Below are positions 8,567 through 18,255 of a DNA stretch of 32,000 nucleotides, piece by piece. The position numbers and the translations under genes were made by a program. Each line of letters opens with the position of its first letter. Position 1 is the stretch's first letter. The notes under the pieces were generated by a model. The model searched no databases, was not told the origin of the DNA, and was given only the letters and a program-made list of their open reading frames with translations. Source of the DNA: Pseudoalteromonas translucida KMM 520 (GTDB lineage Bacteria > Pseudomonadota > Gammaproteobacteria > Enterobacterales > Alteromonadaceae); contig NZ_CP011034.1 in assembly GCF_001465295.1 (NCBI RefSeq), forward strand, positions 420,001 to 452,000. Direction: 5' to 3'.

Positions 8567-9377
8567 AGTTTCAGTAGTAATTACTACATACAATAGAATT
8601 TTTTTTTTAGAAAGAGCATTAAGATCATTAGAAATTCAAACATTTAAGGATTTTGAAGTTGTCGTATCTGATGATTGCTCTGATGTAGATGTGTATAGTT
8701 ATTTAGAGAATTATAAAAGTAGCAGCAAGCTTACTATACGTTACCGACGAAACAGTGAAAATAAAGGTGCTTGCTACACTCGCAATGAAGGAATAAAAAT
8801 GGCAAAAGGGAAATATATCGCAGGCCTGGACGACGATGATGAGTTTATATCGGCAAGGTTAGAATTACTTTTAAAAGCGTATAATTCCAAGTTGTCTTTT
8901 GTCACGTCAAATACAATTGTAGTTAATAAATCAGGAAGTTCGAACTTATTTAAGTCAGAGAGGCTAATAGATCTAAATGATATGCTATGGGGGAACATAG
9001 CTGGTACGCAAATTTTAACAGAAAAAACAAAAATTTTAGAAATAGGTGGGTTTGATGAGGACCTAACATCAGCACAAGATGCAGATATGTGGTTAAGATT
9101 AATAGAGCGCTTTGGACCGGCATTAAGATTGAAAGACCCACTTTACGTTTTACATACCGAGCATGAACAGGGGCGAATTTCGACATCAAAACATAAAATA
9201 AAAGGGCTTTTACACGCTTATAATAAACATTCTAGTAAAATGAATAAAGGGCAAAAGTCACTACATAAATTTAAATTGGAGCTTTACAAAAAAAATAAAA
9301 AAATGAAACTAGAGGTTCTTAAGTTTTTTTCTTTCCGTTTTATTCCTTACTTGGTTTATCGAAAGCTATTTATTTAA
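8553..9377 (+). CDS. Glycosyltransferase family 2
   Basis: VSVVITTYNRIFFLERALRSLEIQT..VVVSDDCS, DxD region GLDDDDEF and QDADMWLRL. Contains a T10 tract at 8599-8608. Confidence 0.85.
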   Translation: MEKPKVSVVITTYNRIFFLERALRSLEIQTFKDFEVVVSDDCSDVDVYSYLENYKSSSKLTIRYRRNSENKGACYTRNEGIKMAKGKYIAGLDDDDEFISARLELLLKAYNSKLSFVTSNTIVVNKSGSSNLFKSERLIDLNDMLWGNIAGTQILTEKTKILEIGGFDEDLTSAQDADMWLRLIERFGPALRLKDPLYVLHTEHEQGRISTSKHKIKGLLHAYNKHSSKMNKGQKSLHKFKLELYKKNKKMKLEVLKFFSFRFIPYLVYRKLFI

Positions 9378-9394
9378 TTTTATAAGGTTATTTC

Positions 9395-10795
9395 ATGAAT
9401 TTTTGTGTTTTAAAAAATAAGAAAAAAACAACGTTTGAAAATTTTGATATTTTTAAAAACTGGGCTAAAGAACACTTAGGCTTAAAGTTTATTGGTAATG
9501 ACATTGTTTTTTACAGTGCTAGTTTAGCTACTAGACTTTTTATTTTTAAACTAGACGGTGTGCTTTATATTTCAGATTGTCTAGCTAATATGACTGAATA
9601 TTTAAATGGCGTTCAGGAGCTACAATCGAGTATCGACTTCTATAAAAAATTTGGTTTTATATTGCCGCCGTTCACTCAATATACGGGTGTGTATATGACT
9701 GCACCGTTTGTATGTTTTAACATAAGTGAAAAAGAGATAACGTTTAGCTCTAATTACCCTGAAAATAAAAATACTACAAGTTGTAATACGCCTGTTTTAG
9801 TTGATGAATTAGATAGTTTTTTTTCTAAATTAAAAAGTGATGATGAGCTTGAAATATTAGTAAGTGGTGGAATAGACTCTTCAGCTTTATTAGGCTTTGT
9901 TAATGATCGATTTTCTGTATCAAAGTCGATCATGTGTAAAATGTCGAGTCTTCCTAAAGAGGGAGTTATTGCAAATGAACTAAGTAACTCTATTAAAGTC
10001 CCTTTTGAATCTTATAATTTAGATGTGGACTTAAGTGATAGAGCATCTGAATTTATTGACGAAACTGGTGAATATATTTCTGATTCAATTTCTTTAGTTT
10101 TCCCTGAGTTATTTGAAAGAATCAATGACTTTAGTCAGGAAAAAAATATAATTGATGGTCAGGGAGCTGACTCTCTTTTAAACGGATTGCCCCTTGATAA
10201 AATTTATACTCTTTGGGCCAAGATATCTTGGGCAAGATATGTATTTTATCCATTATCTTTGCTTCCTATCTATAAAGATAAAAGCACCCCTATAAAACGA
10301 AAGTTTTATAGGTTCAGTAAAGCTTTAAAATGCCTAACTCAATTAGATTTTAGGCATTCAATTTTGTGCGCTATGACTGAAAATGAAAATATTGATACAG
10401 AATATGAAAAATATTTTTTATCTGAATTAAGTGTACTTTATAGCAAGTATAAAGACTGGCATTTAGTTTTAAGAATGGTTTATTTGTTTAGGGTATTACC
10501 AGCTCGAGAAATGCAAAAGTATTTACTTGCTAAAAAGTATAATATAAATATTGTAGCTCCTTTTTTAGATGATGATTTAATAAGTGCCTACCTTTTTACA
10601 CCTAACAGTGAAACGGTTAAAAGAGGAGTTTATAAATATCCGATTACAAAGCTAGCTCAGAATTATTGGCCTGGTTATTTTGAGACATCTAAGACTTCTC
10701 CATTTCAAATTAATTATCGGTTAGGTCTTAATGATATAAAGTCTTTTTCGATTGAAAGAATCAGAAAAACAATTAATGGAAGTAATATATTATGA
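9395..10795 (+). CDS. Asparagine-synthetase-like PP-loop adenylating enzyme lacking the N-terminal Cys nucleophile (putative uronic-acid amidotransferase/amide ligase)
   Basis: PP-loop motif ILVSGGIDSSALLGF lies about 160 aa from the start. The N-terminus is MNFCVLK, not MCG, and the pre-PP-loop domain is shorter than a class-II GATase domain. Confidence 0.65.
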   Translation: MNFCVLKNKKKTTFENFDIFKNWAKEHLGLKFIGNDIVFYSASLATRLFIFKLDGVLYISDCLANMTEYLNGVQELQSSIDFYKKFGFILPPFTQYTGVYMTAPFVCFNISEKEITFSSNYPENKNTTSCNTPVLVDELDSFFSKLKSDDELEILVSGGIDSSALLGFVNDRFSVSKSIMCKMSSLPKEGVIANELSNSIKVPFESYNLDVDLSDRASEFIDETGEYISDSISLVFPELFERINDFSQEKNIIDGQGADSLLNGLPLDKIYTLWAKISWARYVFYPLSLLPIYKDKSTPIKRKFYRFSKALKCLTQLDFRHSILCAMTENENIDTEYEKYFLSELSVLYSKYKDWHLVLRMVYLFRVLPAREMQKYLLAKKYNINIVAPFLDDDLISAYLFTPNSETVKRGVYKYPITKLAQNYWPGYFETSKTSPFQINYRLGLNDIKSFSIERIRKTINGSNIL

Positions 10796-11937
10796 AACCA
10801 TTGAGACTCTTATTTATAGTAAATGTTGATTGGTTTTTTATTTCTCACCGTTTATCTATAGCGAAAAAAGCTCTTGCAAGTGGTTATGAAGTTACTGTTG
10901 CTTGTAGATTTACTGAGCATAAAGATGAATTAGCATCGATGGGTTTCAATGTCGTGGATATTCCTTTTACTCGAAGCGGTGGTGGTATAGCTTCTGAAGT
11001 AAATACGATTAAAACTATTAAAGCTACGATTAAAGATTTACGGCCTTCATTGATTCATGCCATTACGATTAAGCCAGTTTTGTATTCTGGTATGGCACTT
11101 CATGTTATTAAGCAAGACATTCCATTCGTTGCAGCTATATCAGGGCTTGGCTATGTATTTGCAGCAAGTTCGATACGAGCAAAAGTAACAAGACTTATTG
11201 CATCTGCCTTTTATAAAGTAGCTTTGTCACAAAAATATAAAACAGTTATTTTTCAAAATACTTCTGATGAAAAGATTTTAACCGATGTTGCAAAATTAAA
11301 AGGATCTGACAAAGTCTTAATTAAAGGCTCTGGCGCTGATCTCTCTGTTTATAATTATTATCCTGAAAATATTTGTAACACCATAAAAATAGTTATGGCA
11401 TGCCGCTTACTTAAAGAGAAAGGTGTGTATCAATACATAGACGCTGCCAGAATTATTAAAGAACAGTACCCTAATACTGAGTTTTTACTCGTAGGTACCC
11501 CTGATTTAGAAAACCCAAATACAGTAAAGCAAATTGAGATTGACTCTTGGGTAAACCAAAATTTGATTACTTACCTAGGACACAGAAGTGATATACCAGC
11601 TATATTTGCTGATTCAAATATAGTTTGTTTACCATCGTTTTATGGTGAAGGTGTACCAAAAGTGCTTATTGAAGCTGCTGCCTGTGGAAGAGCTATTGTA
11701 ACAACCGATAATCCTGGTTGCAGGGACGCTATAATTGAAGGTGTGACTGGGTTCACAGTTCCTATTCGTGATTCTAAAGCGCTGGCAATCGCTCTCCAAA
11801 AACTTATAAGTGAACCAGAGTTGAGAGTGTCAATGGGCAATAAAGCAAGGGCTTTTGCTGAAGCTGAGTTTGATGTAGATAGCGTTGTAGCTAAGCACTT
11901 AGATATTTATACTAATTTAATTGGTAAAACTCAATGA
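10792..11937 (+). CDS. Glycosyltransferase family 4 (GT-B, group 1)
   Basis: C-terminal GT1 signature EGVPKVLIEAAACGRAIVTTDNPGCRDAIIEGVTGFTVP. ATGA overlaps at both ends. Confidence 0.85.
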   Translation: MKPLRLLFIVNVDWFFISHRLSIAKKALASGYEVTVACRFTEHKDELASMGFNVVDIPFTRSGGGIASEVNTIKTIKATIKDLRPSLIHAITIKPVLYSGMALHVIKQDIPFVAAISGLGYVFAASSIRAKVTRLIASAFYKVALSQKYKTVIFQNTSDEKILTDVAKLKGSDKVLIKGSGADLSVYNYYPENICNTIKIVMACRLLKEKGVYQYIDAARIIKEQYPNTEFLLVGTPDLENPNTVKQIEIDSWVNQNLITYLGHRSDIPAIFADSNIVCLPSFYGEGVPKVLIEAAACGRAIVTTDNPGCRDAIIEGVTGFTVPIRDSKALAIALQKLISEPELRVSMGNKARAFAEAEFDVDSVVAKHLDIYTNLIGKTQ

Positions 11938-12872
11938 TTGCTATTACCGGTTATAATGGTTTTGTTGGTAAACAATTATTGAAGCTGTTACCTGTTGAAA
12001 AGTGTTTATTAGTTGGAAGAGTGGAACCTCAAACTAATTATAGGTTTTGTCAGTTAGATTTATCTTCGAATAAGTATTTAGATTTAATTAGTTCACTTAA
12101 TGAAGTTGATACCATTGTGCATATAGCAGCGCGCGTTCATGTTATGAACGAAAAATCATCAGATCCTATTGCAGAGTTTAGAGCCGTTAATACACAAGGG
12201 ACTTTAAACTTGGCGCGACAAGCTGTAAAGTCAGGCGTTCGACGTTTTATATTTATTAGTTCTATAAAGGTTAATGGAGAAAGTACGACTAATAAATCTC
12301 CGTTTACCGAGAGTGATAATCCAGCCCCTGAAGATCCTTATGGGATTTCTAAAGCAGAGGCTGAGCAGCAGTTATTAGAGTTAGCAAAACAAACTGGCAT
12401 GGAAGTTGTTATTATTAGATCGCCACTAGTTTATGGTGAGGCTGTAAAGGCAAATTTTGCATCACTAATGAGGTTTGTTGGTAAAGGCTTACCACTTCCC
12501 TTTAGGCTAATTAAAAATAACAAACGTAGTTTAGTATCAGTTTATAACTTGGTTGACTTAATCAAGGTATGTATTAAGCACCCAAAAGCAGCTAACCAAG
12601 TGTTTTTAGCGAGTGATGATCATGACTTATCAACCGCTGAAATCGTGGCATTAATGGCGCAAGTGCAAAATAAAAAAAACTTCGCTTTACCTGTGCCAGT
12701 TTGGTGTTTTAAATTAGCAGGAAAAATGCTAAATAAAGCTGATGTAATTGATAGGCTTACGGGCTCCCTTCAGCTAGATATTACCCATACAAAAAATACG
12801 CTTAATTGGAAGCCTCCATACTCAGTGGGTCATGGTTTTAAACTTGCCGCTAAAAAACCTTCAACAAAATAA
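11934..12872 (+). CDS. NAD-dependent epimerase/dehydratase-family SDR (WbpK/WbpV-like UDP-4-keto-6-deoxy-HexNAc 4-reductase or UDP-sugar 4-epimerase)
   Basis: Rossmann motif ITGYNGFVGKQL and catalytic YGISKAEAE (YxxxK). It sits next to a small sugar transferase and a WbpM-like dehydratase. Confidence 0.75.
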   Translation: MIAITGYNGFVGKQLLKLLPVEKCLLVGRVEPQTNYRFCQLDLSSNKYLDLISSLNEVDTIVHIAARVHVMNEKSSDPIAEFRAVNTQGTLNLARQAVKSGVRRFIFISSIKVNGESTTNKSPFTESDNPAPEDPYGISKAEAEQQLLELAKQTGMEVVIIRSPLVYGEAVKANFASLMRFVGKGLPLPFRLIKNNKRSLVSVYNLVDLIKVCIKHPKAANQVFLASDDHDLSTAEIVALMAQVQNKKNFALPVPVWCFKLAGKMLNKADVIDRLTGSLQLDITHTKNTLNWKPPYSVGHGFKLAAKKPSTK

Positions 12873-12889
12873 TTATTGGATTTATAAAA

Positions 12890-13438
12890 ATGATACGTTT
12901 ACTTGATTTTTTGTTTTCACTTTTTGGATTATTGTTTGCAATGCCATTTTTAGTGCTTTTATACATTATTGGTTTGTTTGATACAGGTTCACCTATATTC
13001 TCACAGGTGCGAATTGGTCGAAATAAAAAACCATTCACATTAGTTAAGTTTAGAACTATGACTGTTGATACCGCATCGGTGGCTAGCCACTTAGCAAGCT
13101 CCGCGTCAATTACTCCATTTGGTGGCTTTTTACGTAAAACTAAGCTTGATGAGTTACCACAACTTTGGAATGTGCTAAAAGGTGAAATGAGTTTAGTTGG
13201 TCCTCGCCCTGGTTTATTCAACCAAGAAGAGCTAACTCACGCTCGGGAAGCTAAAAATGTATTTGCAGTGCGCCCTGGTATTACAGGTTTAGCCCAAGTT
13301 AGCGAAATTGATATGTCTACCCCTGAGCTGCTCGCTAAAACAGATAGTGAAATGATTGATACGCTAACAATTGGTAATTATTTTAAATATATATTAATGA
13401 CTGTTAGTGGCAGTGGTAGTGGTGACAGGATTAAGTAG
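12890..13438 (+). CDS. Small monotopic phosphoglycosyl transferase (PglC/WbfU/ItrA-like undecaprenyl-phosphate sugar-1-phosphate transferase); initiating enzyme
   Basis: Bacterial sugar transferase motifs: GSPIFSQVRIGRNKKPFTLVKFRTM and DELPQLWNVLKGEMSLVGPRP. 182 aa with a single N-terminal re-entrant helix. Confidence 0.85.
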   Translation: MIRLLDFLFSLFGLLFAMPFLVLLYIIGLFDTGSPIFSQVRIGRNKKPFTLVKFRTMTVDTASVASHLASSASITPFGGFLRKTKLDELPQLWNVLKGEMSLVGPRPGLFNQEELTHAREAKNVFAVRPGITGLAQVSEIDMSTPELLAKTDSEMIDTLTIGNYFKYILMTVSGSGSGDRIK

Positions 13439-13518
13439 AGTACGCTAAGTATTATCTATTGAGCCTAAATTTAGGTGCTTTTAAGGCATTAATATAAATA
13501 TATTATTTCTTGAAGAGT

Positions 13519-13540
13519 GCCTCACGTGAGGCCGTTTTTA
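13519..13540 (+). terminator. Candidate intrinsic terminator after the initiating transferase
   Basis: Palindrome GCCTCACGTGAGGC (13519-13532) followed by CGTTTTTA. Short stem with a 4-nt loop. Confidence 0.45.
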
Positions 13541-13739
13541 GGCATTGTTTACAGTGCCAATAGTTACGACTGACATGTTTTAACCGTCTCAATTAAGCGC
13601 TTAAGCTCTAATTGTGTAACTAATAAATCATCATTTAAGTCTAATTACATTAATGAGCTTTTTTTTATGGTTATAAAATTGTTCATTTTAAACATTATAT
13701 TGTGTTATTCCCTGTAATTGAACCGCAAAGGAACGTGTT

Positions 13740-15701
13740 ATGGATAGCTTTATCCGCTCAATTATTAATGCACCGCGTGCTAAAAAACGTGTTATTACTT
13801 TATGTATAGACTCAGTTTTTATAGCTACCGCTTTTTGGTTGGCGTTAATAGTGAGGCTTGATAGCTTAGAGCCATTAAGTGTTACTAGTAATTGGTTGTT
13901 ATTAATACTTTTAATTCCCATAAGTTTATATACATTTATTAGTTTGGGTTTGTATCGCGCTGTATTGCGATATATGAACTCACAAGCAGTATGGGCCATT
14001 ATACTCGGTACACTTGTAACTACCGTAGTTCTGGTTCTATTAGCATTTTTTGTTGGTATAGATATACCACGTACTATGCCATTTATTTTTGCTTGGTTAT
14101 GTTTATTAACTGTAGGTGGCTCACGCATTGTAGTGCGCGCACTGATAGGGAAAATGACCACCAGCAACAAAAATGCGGTTATTATTTATGGTGCAGGCTC
14201 GTCGGGGCGGCAATTAGCAACTGCATTGAATGCAGGGCCAGAGTACTTTGTTAGTGCGTTTATTGATGACGACGTGACAAAGCATGGCTCTATAATACAA
14301 GGTATACCGGTACGTGCGTTTAATGATATACATGAATTAATAAAAAAACGTAAAGCAACGAAAGTGCTGCTTGCTATGCCTAGTGAAACACGTGCAAGGC
14401 GTAAAGAAGTACTCGCACAACTTGAACCATTAACGATTAAAGTACTTTCTATCCCTGGTATGGCCGATATAGTCGAAGGTAAAGCAAAACTCTCAGAATT
14501 TAGAGACGTCGAAATTGAAGATTTACTTGGCCGTGACCCTGTAACCCCTAAAGATAATTTAATGACCGCCAATATAACCAATAAAGTAGTGATGGTTACT
14601 GGCGCGGGTGGATCAATAGGCTCTGAGCTGTGTAGACAAATCATTAAACTCAAACCGACTAAATTGGTGTTGTTTGAGCGCAGTGAAATTGCCCTTTATT
14701 CAATTGAAAAAGAATTGGGTGAATACATAACTAGCAACACGTTAAATATTGAACTCATCCCTATTATGGGCTCAGTACAGCGTGTAAATCGTCTTGAAAC
14801 GGTAATGAGAACCTTTGATGTGCAAACCATTTACCACGCCGCTGCTTATAAGCACGTACCATTGGTTGAGCACAATGTAGTAGAAGGTGTACGTAATAAT
14901 GTATTTGGTACCTATTACGCCGCAAAGGCTGCTGTTGAGGCTAACGTAGATACCTTTGTTCTCATTTCTACCGATAAAGCGGTACGCCCAACCAATGTTA
15001 TGGGGGCAACTAAACGCATGGCTGAGTTAGTCCTGCAAGGTTTGGCACAAGAGCAAGGCACTAACCATAAAACGCGTTTTAGTATGGTACGCTTTGGTAA
15101 TGTACTCGGCTCGTCAGGCTCGGTTGTACTACTATTTCGCCGCCAAATTAAAGAAGGTGGCCCAATAACCCTTACTCATCTAGATATAACCCGCTACTTT
15201 ATGACTATACCCGAAGCAGCACAGCTTGTTATACAAGCTGGCGCTATGGGTAGAGGCGGTGACGTATTTGTACTCGACATGGGTGACTCGGTAAAAATAA
15301 TTGATCTCGCTACTAAAATGGTTAGGCTATCTGGTCTTGAAATTAAAAACGATGATACGCCACATGGCGATATTGAAATAAAATGTACAGGCCTTCGCCC
15401 AGGTGAGAAGCTTTATGAAGAGCTATTAATAGGCGATAACGTGGAGCAAACACCGCATGAGCGTATAATGACCGCACATGAAGCAATGCTGCCGCTGAGT
15501 GAGCTTAATATATTTATTAATGCGCTTGATATTGCATGTCATAACTTTGAGCATGAAAAAATCCGGCAGCTATTACTCGATGCGCCAACTGGTTTTAACC
15601 CCACTGATGGTATCTGTGATTTAGTATGGAATGCCAGACTTGAAAATGAATCTAAAGATAATACTGAAAGTGCAAGCAATGTGGTTAATTTGAGTAAATA
15701 A
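13740..15701 (+). CDS. Membrane-anchored UDP-GlcNAc 4,6-dehydratase (CapD/WbpM/PglF family polysaccharide biosynthesis protein)
   Basis: 653 aa. Four N-terminal TM segments, two Rossmann motifs (IIYGAGSSG and VTGAGGSIGSEL), and STDKAVRPTNVMGATKR with its catalytic region. Confidence 0.9.
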   Translation: MDSFIRSIINAPRAKKRVITLCIDSVFIATAFWLALIVRLDSLEPLSVTSNWLLLILLIPISLYTFISLGLYRAVLRYMNSQAVWAIILGTLVTTVVLVLLAFFVGIDIPRTMPFIFAWLCLLTVGGSRIVVRALIGKMTTSNKNAVIIYGAGSSGRQLATALNAGPEYFVSAFIDDDVTKHGSIIQGIPVRAFNDIHELIKKRKATKVLLAMPSETRARRKEVLAQLEPLTIKVLSIPGMADIVEGKAKLSEFRDVEIEDLLGRDPVTPKDNLMTANITNKVVMVTGAGGSIGSELCRQIIKLKPTKLVLFERSEIALYSIEKELGEYITSNTLNIELIPIMGSVQRVNRLETVMRTFDVQTIYHAAAYKHVPLVEHNVVEGVRNNVFGTYYAAKAAVEANVDTFVLISTDKAVRPTNVMGATKRMAELVLQGLAQEQGTNHKTRFSMVRFGNVLGSSGSVVLLFRRQIKEGGPITLTHLDITRYFMTIPEAAQLVIQAGAMGRGGDVFVLDMGDSVKIIDLATKMVRLSGLEIKNDDTPHGDIEIKCTGLRPGEKLYEELLIGDNVEQTPHERIMTAHEAMLPLSELNIFINALDIACHNFEHEKIRQLLLDAPTGFNPTDGICDLVWNARLENESKDNTESASNVVNLSK

Positions 15702-15804
15702 TAAAGAAAAAGCGTCAGATGTCGGTTATCAAGTATAAATATAGTTCCGATAGTGAATAAAGTTAAAAATTTAATTTAAATAACCAGTGGTTTAGGAAAG
15801 TAGA

Positions 15805-16971
15805 ATGAAAATTACAGTAGTTGGCACAGGTTATGTAGGCCTCTCTAACGCGATGTTATTAGCACAACATAATGAAGTTGTTGCGCTCGATATTGATGAG
15901 CAAAAGATAGCCCTTTTAAATAATAAAAACTCACCAATAGTAGATACTGAAATCAGTGAGTTCTTAACGCGTAGAGATTTAAATTTTACAGCAACTACAG
16001 ATAAGGTTGCAGCGTATAAAAATGCAGAATTTGTTATTATTGCTACTCCGACTGATTATGATGTAGAAAATAACTACTTTAATACCAGCTCGGTAGAATC
16101 TGTTATTAAAGATGCTACAGCGCATAATTCTACTGCAGTTTTAGTCATTAAATCGACAGTACCCGTTGGCTTTACTCAAAATATTAAAACAGAATTAAAT
16201 GTAGATAATTTAATATTTTCACCAGAATTTTTACGTGAAGGTAAAGCTTTACACGATAATTTGCACCCATCACGTATTGTTGTTGGCGAGCAAAGTGAAC
16301 GTGCAGAAGTATTTGCTAACTTACTCAAGCAGGGCGCTATAAAAGAAGACATAGAAGTACTCTTTACTGACTCAACAGAAGCTGAAGCTATTAAGTTGTT
16401 TTCAAATACTTATTTGGCGATGCGTGTAGCTTATTTTAATGAGCTAGATAGCTATGCTGAAGCGCATTGCTTAAATAGTAAGCAAATAATACAAGGTGTT
16501 AGTTTAGACCCGCGTATCGGAAGCCACTATAACAACCCTTCGTTTGGCTATGGTGGTTATTGTTTACCGAAAGATACAAAACAACTTCGTGCCAATTATG
16601 CTGATGTACCAAATAATATTATTGGTGCCATTGTTGACGCTAATACTACACGGAAAGACTTTATTGCAGATTCAATTATTAAGCGTGAACCGAAAATAGT
16701 AGGCGTTTACCGTTTAGTAATGAAAACAGGCTCTGATAATTTTAGAGCATCTGCTATTCAAGGAATTATGAAACGAATTAAGGCTAAAGGTATTGAGGTT
16801 GTCGTTTATGAACCCGTACTTGAGGAAAATGAATTTTATCATTCACGAGTAATTAAAGATCTAAACGAATTTAAGCAAATATCGGATGTAGTGGTATCTA
16901 ACCGTATGGTTGAAGAGCTTAATGATATTGCAGATAAAGTGTATACGCGTGACTTATTTGGAAGTGATTAA
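15805..16971 (+). CDS. ugd: UDP-glucose 6-dehydrogenase
   Basis: [30 protein letters not shown] closely parallels the E. coli Ugd N-terminus. The catalytic Cys region is [10 protein letters not shown]. 388 aa. Confidence 0.92.
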   Translation: MKITVVGTGYVGLSNAMLLAQHNEVVALDIDEQKIALLNNKNSPIVDTEISEFLTRRDLNFTATTDKVAAYKNAEFVIIATPTDYDVENNYFNTSSVESVIKDATAHNSTAVLVIKSTVPVGFTQNIKTELNVDNLIFSPEFLREGKALHDNLHPSRIVVGEQSERAEVFANLLKQGAIKEDIEVLFTDSTEAEAIKLFSNTYLAMRVAYFNELDSYAEAHCLNSKQIIQGVSLDPRIGSHYNNPSFGYGGYCLPKDTKQLRANYADVPNNIIGAIVDANTTRKDFIADSIIKREPKIVGVYRLVMKTGSDNFRASAIQGIMKRIKAKGIEVVVYEPVLEENEFYHSRVIKDLNEFKQISDVVVSNRMVEELNDIADKVYTRDLFGSD

Positions 16972-17116
16972 TTGGTCATTTAGCTATATAAATTTGGATA
17001 TAGAGTTTTAGGTATCAGTCATAGTCTATTGCGTAATTAAACGTCTCTTTGCTAGTAACTAGTTTTTATTTTTGGCGTTGGATACCTTTTTACCCTTTTG
17101 CATATAAAGGAATATT

Positions 17117-18121
17117 ATGAAATATTTAGTAACAGGCGCAGCTGGCTTCATTGGTAGTGCGGTTGTAGAAAAACTAACAGCTACAGGACATCAAGTAGTT
17201 GGTATTGACAACTTAAATGATTACTATGACGTTAACCTTAAGCTCGCGCGTCTTGAACGTATTAAGCATGGGCAGTTCGAAATTAAAAAGGTTGATTTAG
17301 CAGACCGACCAGCAATGGCAAGTTTATTTGAGCAAGAGCAGTTTGACCGTGTAATTCATTTAGCGGCGCAAGCGGGTGTACGTTATTCAATTGAAAATCC
17401 ACATGCTTACGCTGATTCAAACCTAGTGGGTCATCTTAATGTTCTTGAAGGCTGTCGCCAAACAAAAGTGAAGCACTTGATTTATGCTTCATCTAGTTCA
17501 GTCTACGGCCTAAATGCTAAAGTACCATTTGAGACGTCTGACTCAGTTGACCACCCAGTTTCGTTGTACGCTGCTACTAAAAAAGCAAATGAGCTGATGT
17601 CGCACAGCTACTCGCATTTATACAATATTCCAACAACAGGTCTTCGTTTTTTCACTGTATATGGCTCGTGGGGCCGTCCAGACATGGCACCGTTTATCTT
17701 TACGAAGAAGATATTAGATGGCGACACTATTGATATTAACAACAATGGCGACATGTGGCGTGACTTTACCCACGTAGACGATATTGTTGAGGGAGTTGTT
17801 CGTATTGCTGATGTAGCACCTGGTCGTAATAAGCAATGGGCAGTAGAGCAAGGTACGCCTGCCTCAAGCTCAGCACCTTATGCTGTATATAATATTGGTC
17901 ATGGTTCACCCATTAGCTTAATGGATTTTGTTAAAGCTATTGAAGATGAGCTTGGTATAGAAGCGAAGAAAAACTTTCGCGAAATGCAGCCCGGCGATGT
18001 ATACCAAACCTACGCAGACACCCAAGACTTATTTTCCGCAACAGGTTACAAATCACGAGTAGGTATTAAAGAGGGGGTTGCTGAGTTTATTACTTGGTAT
18101 AAAGAGTTTTATAACAAGTAA
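17117..18121 (+). CDS. UDP-glucuronate 4-epimerase (NAD-dependent; produces UDP-GalA)
   Basis: MKYLVTGAAGFIGSAV.., the NDYYDVNLKLARL motif typical of the Cap1J/LpsL/WbnF group, YAATKKANE (YxxxK), and a position directly after ugd. Confidence 0.85.
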   Translation: MKYLVTGAAGFIGSAVVEKLTATGHQVVGIDNLNDYYDVNLKLARLERIKHGQFEIKKVDLADRPAMASLFEQEQFDRVIHLAAQAGVRYSIENPHAYADSNLVGHLNVLEGCRQTKVKHLIYASSSSVYGLNAKVPFETSDSVDHPVSLYAATKKANELMSHSYSHLYNIPTTGLRFFTVYGSWGRPDMAPFIFTKKILDGDTIDINNNGDMWRDFTHVDDIVEGVVRIADVAPGRNKQWAVEQGTPASSSAPYAVYNIGHGSPISLMDFVKAIEDELGIEAKKNFREMQPGDVYQTYADTQDLFSATGYKSRVGIKEGVAEFITWYKEFYNK

Positions 18122-18255
18122 AAGTTTTCTCATTAACTAATGCTATTGAGATGTGTTTACTCTTTAATATAAAATGGAAAATGAACAGTATTTATTAAAA
18201 ATTTAAATGTATTTTTAGACAGTGAAGATATATTTTACAGCTTATTTTATACTAA

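Noticed and set aside
12850-13221. 123-aa minus-strand ORF overlapping the sugar transferase
   Set aside because: It is antisense to a CDS with clear family motifs, is low-complexity and has no RBS. The same reasoning applies to 588..830, 2981..3250, 6305..6628, 8774..8998, 8950..9189, 11640..11840 and 19912..20097.
13688-14653. Minus- and plus-strand shadow ORFs (13688..14170, 13991..14254, 14186..14653) within the WbpM-like gene
   Set aside because: They lie inside a 653-aa CDS with unmistakable CapD/WbpM motifs, so they are typical shadow ORFs.
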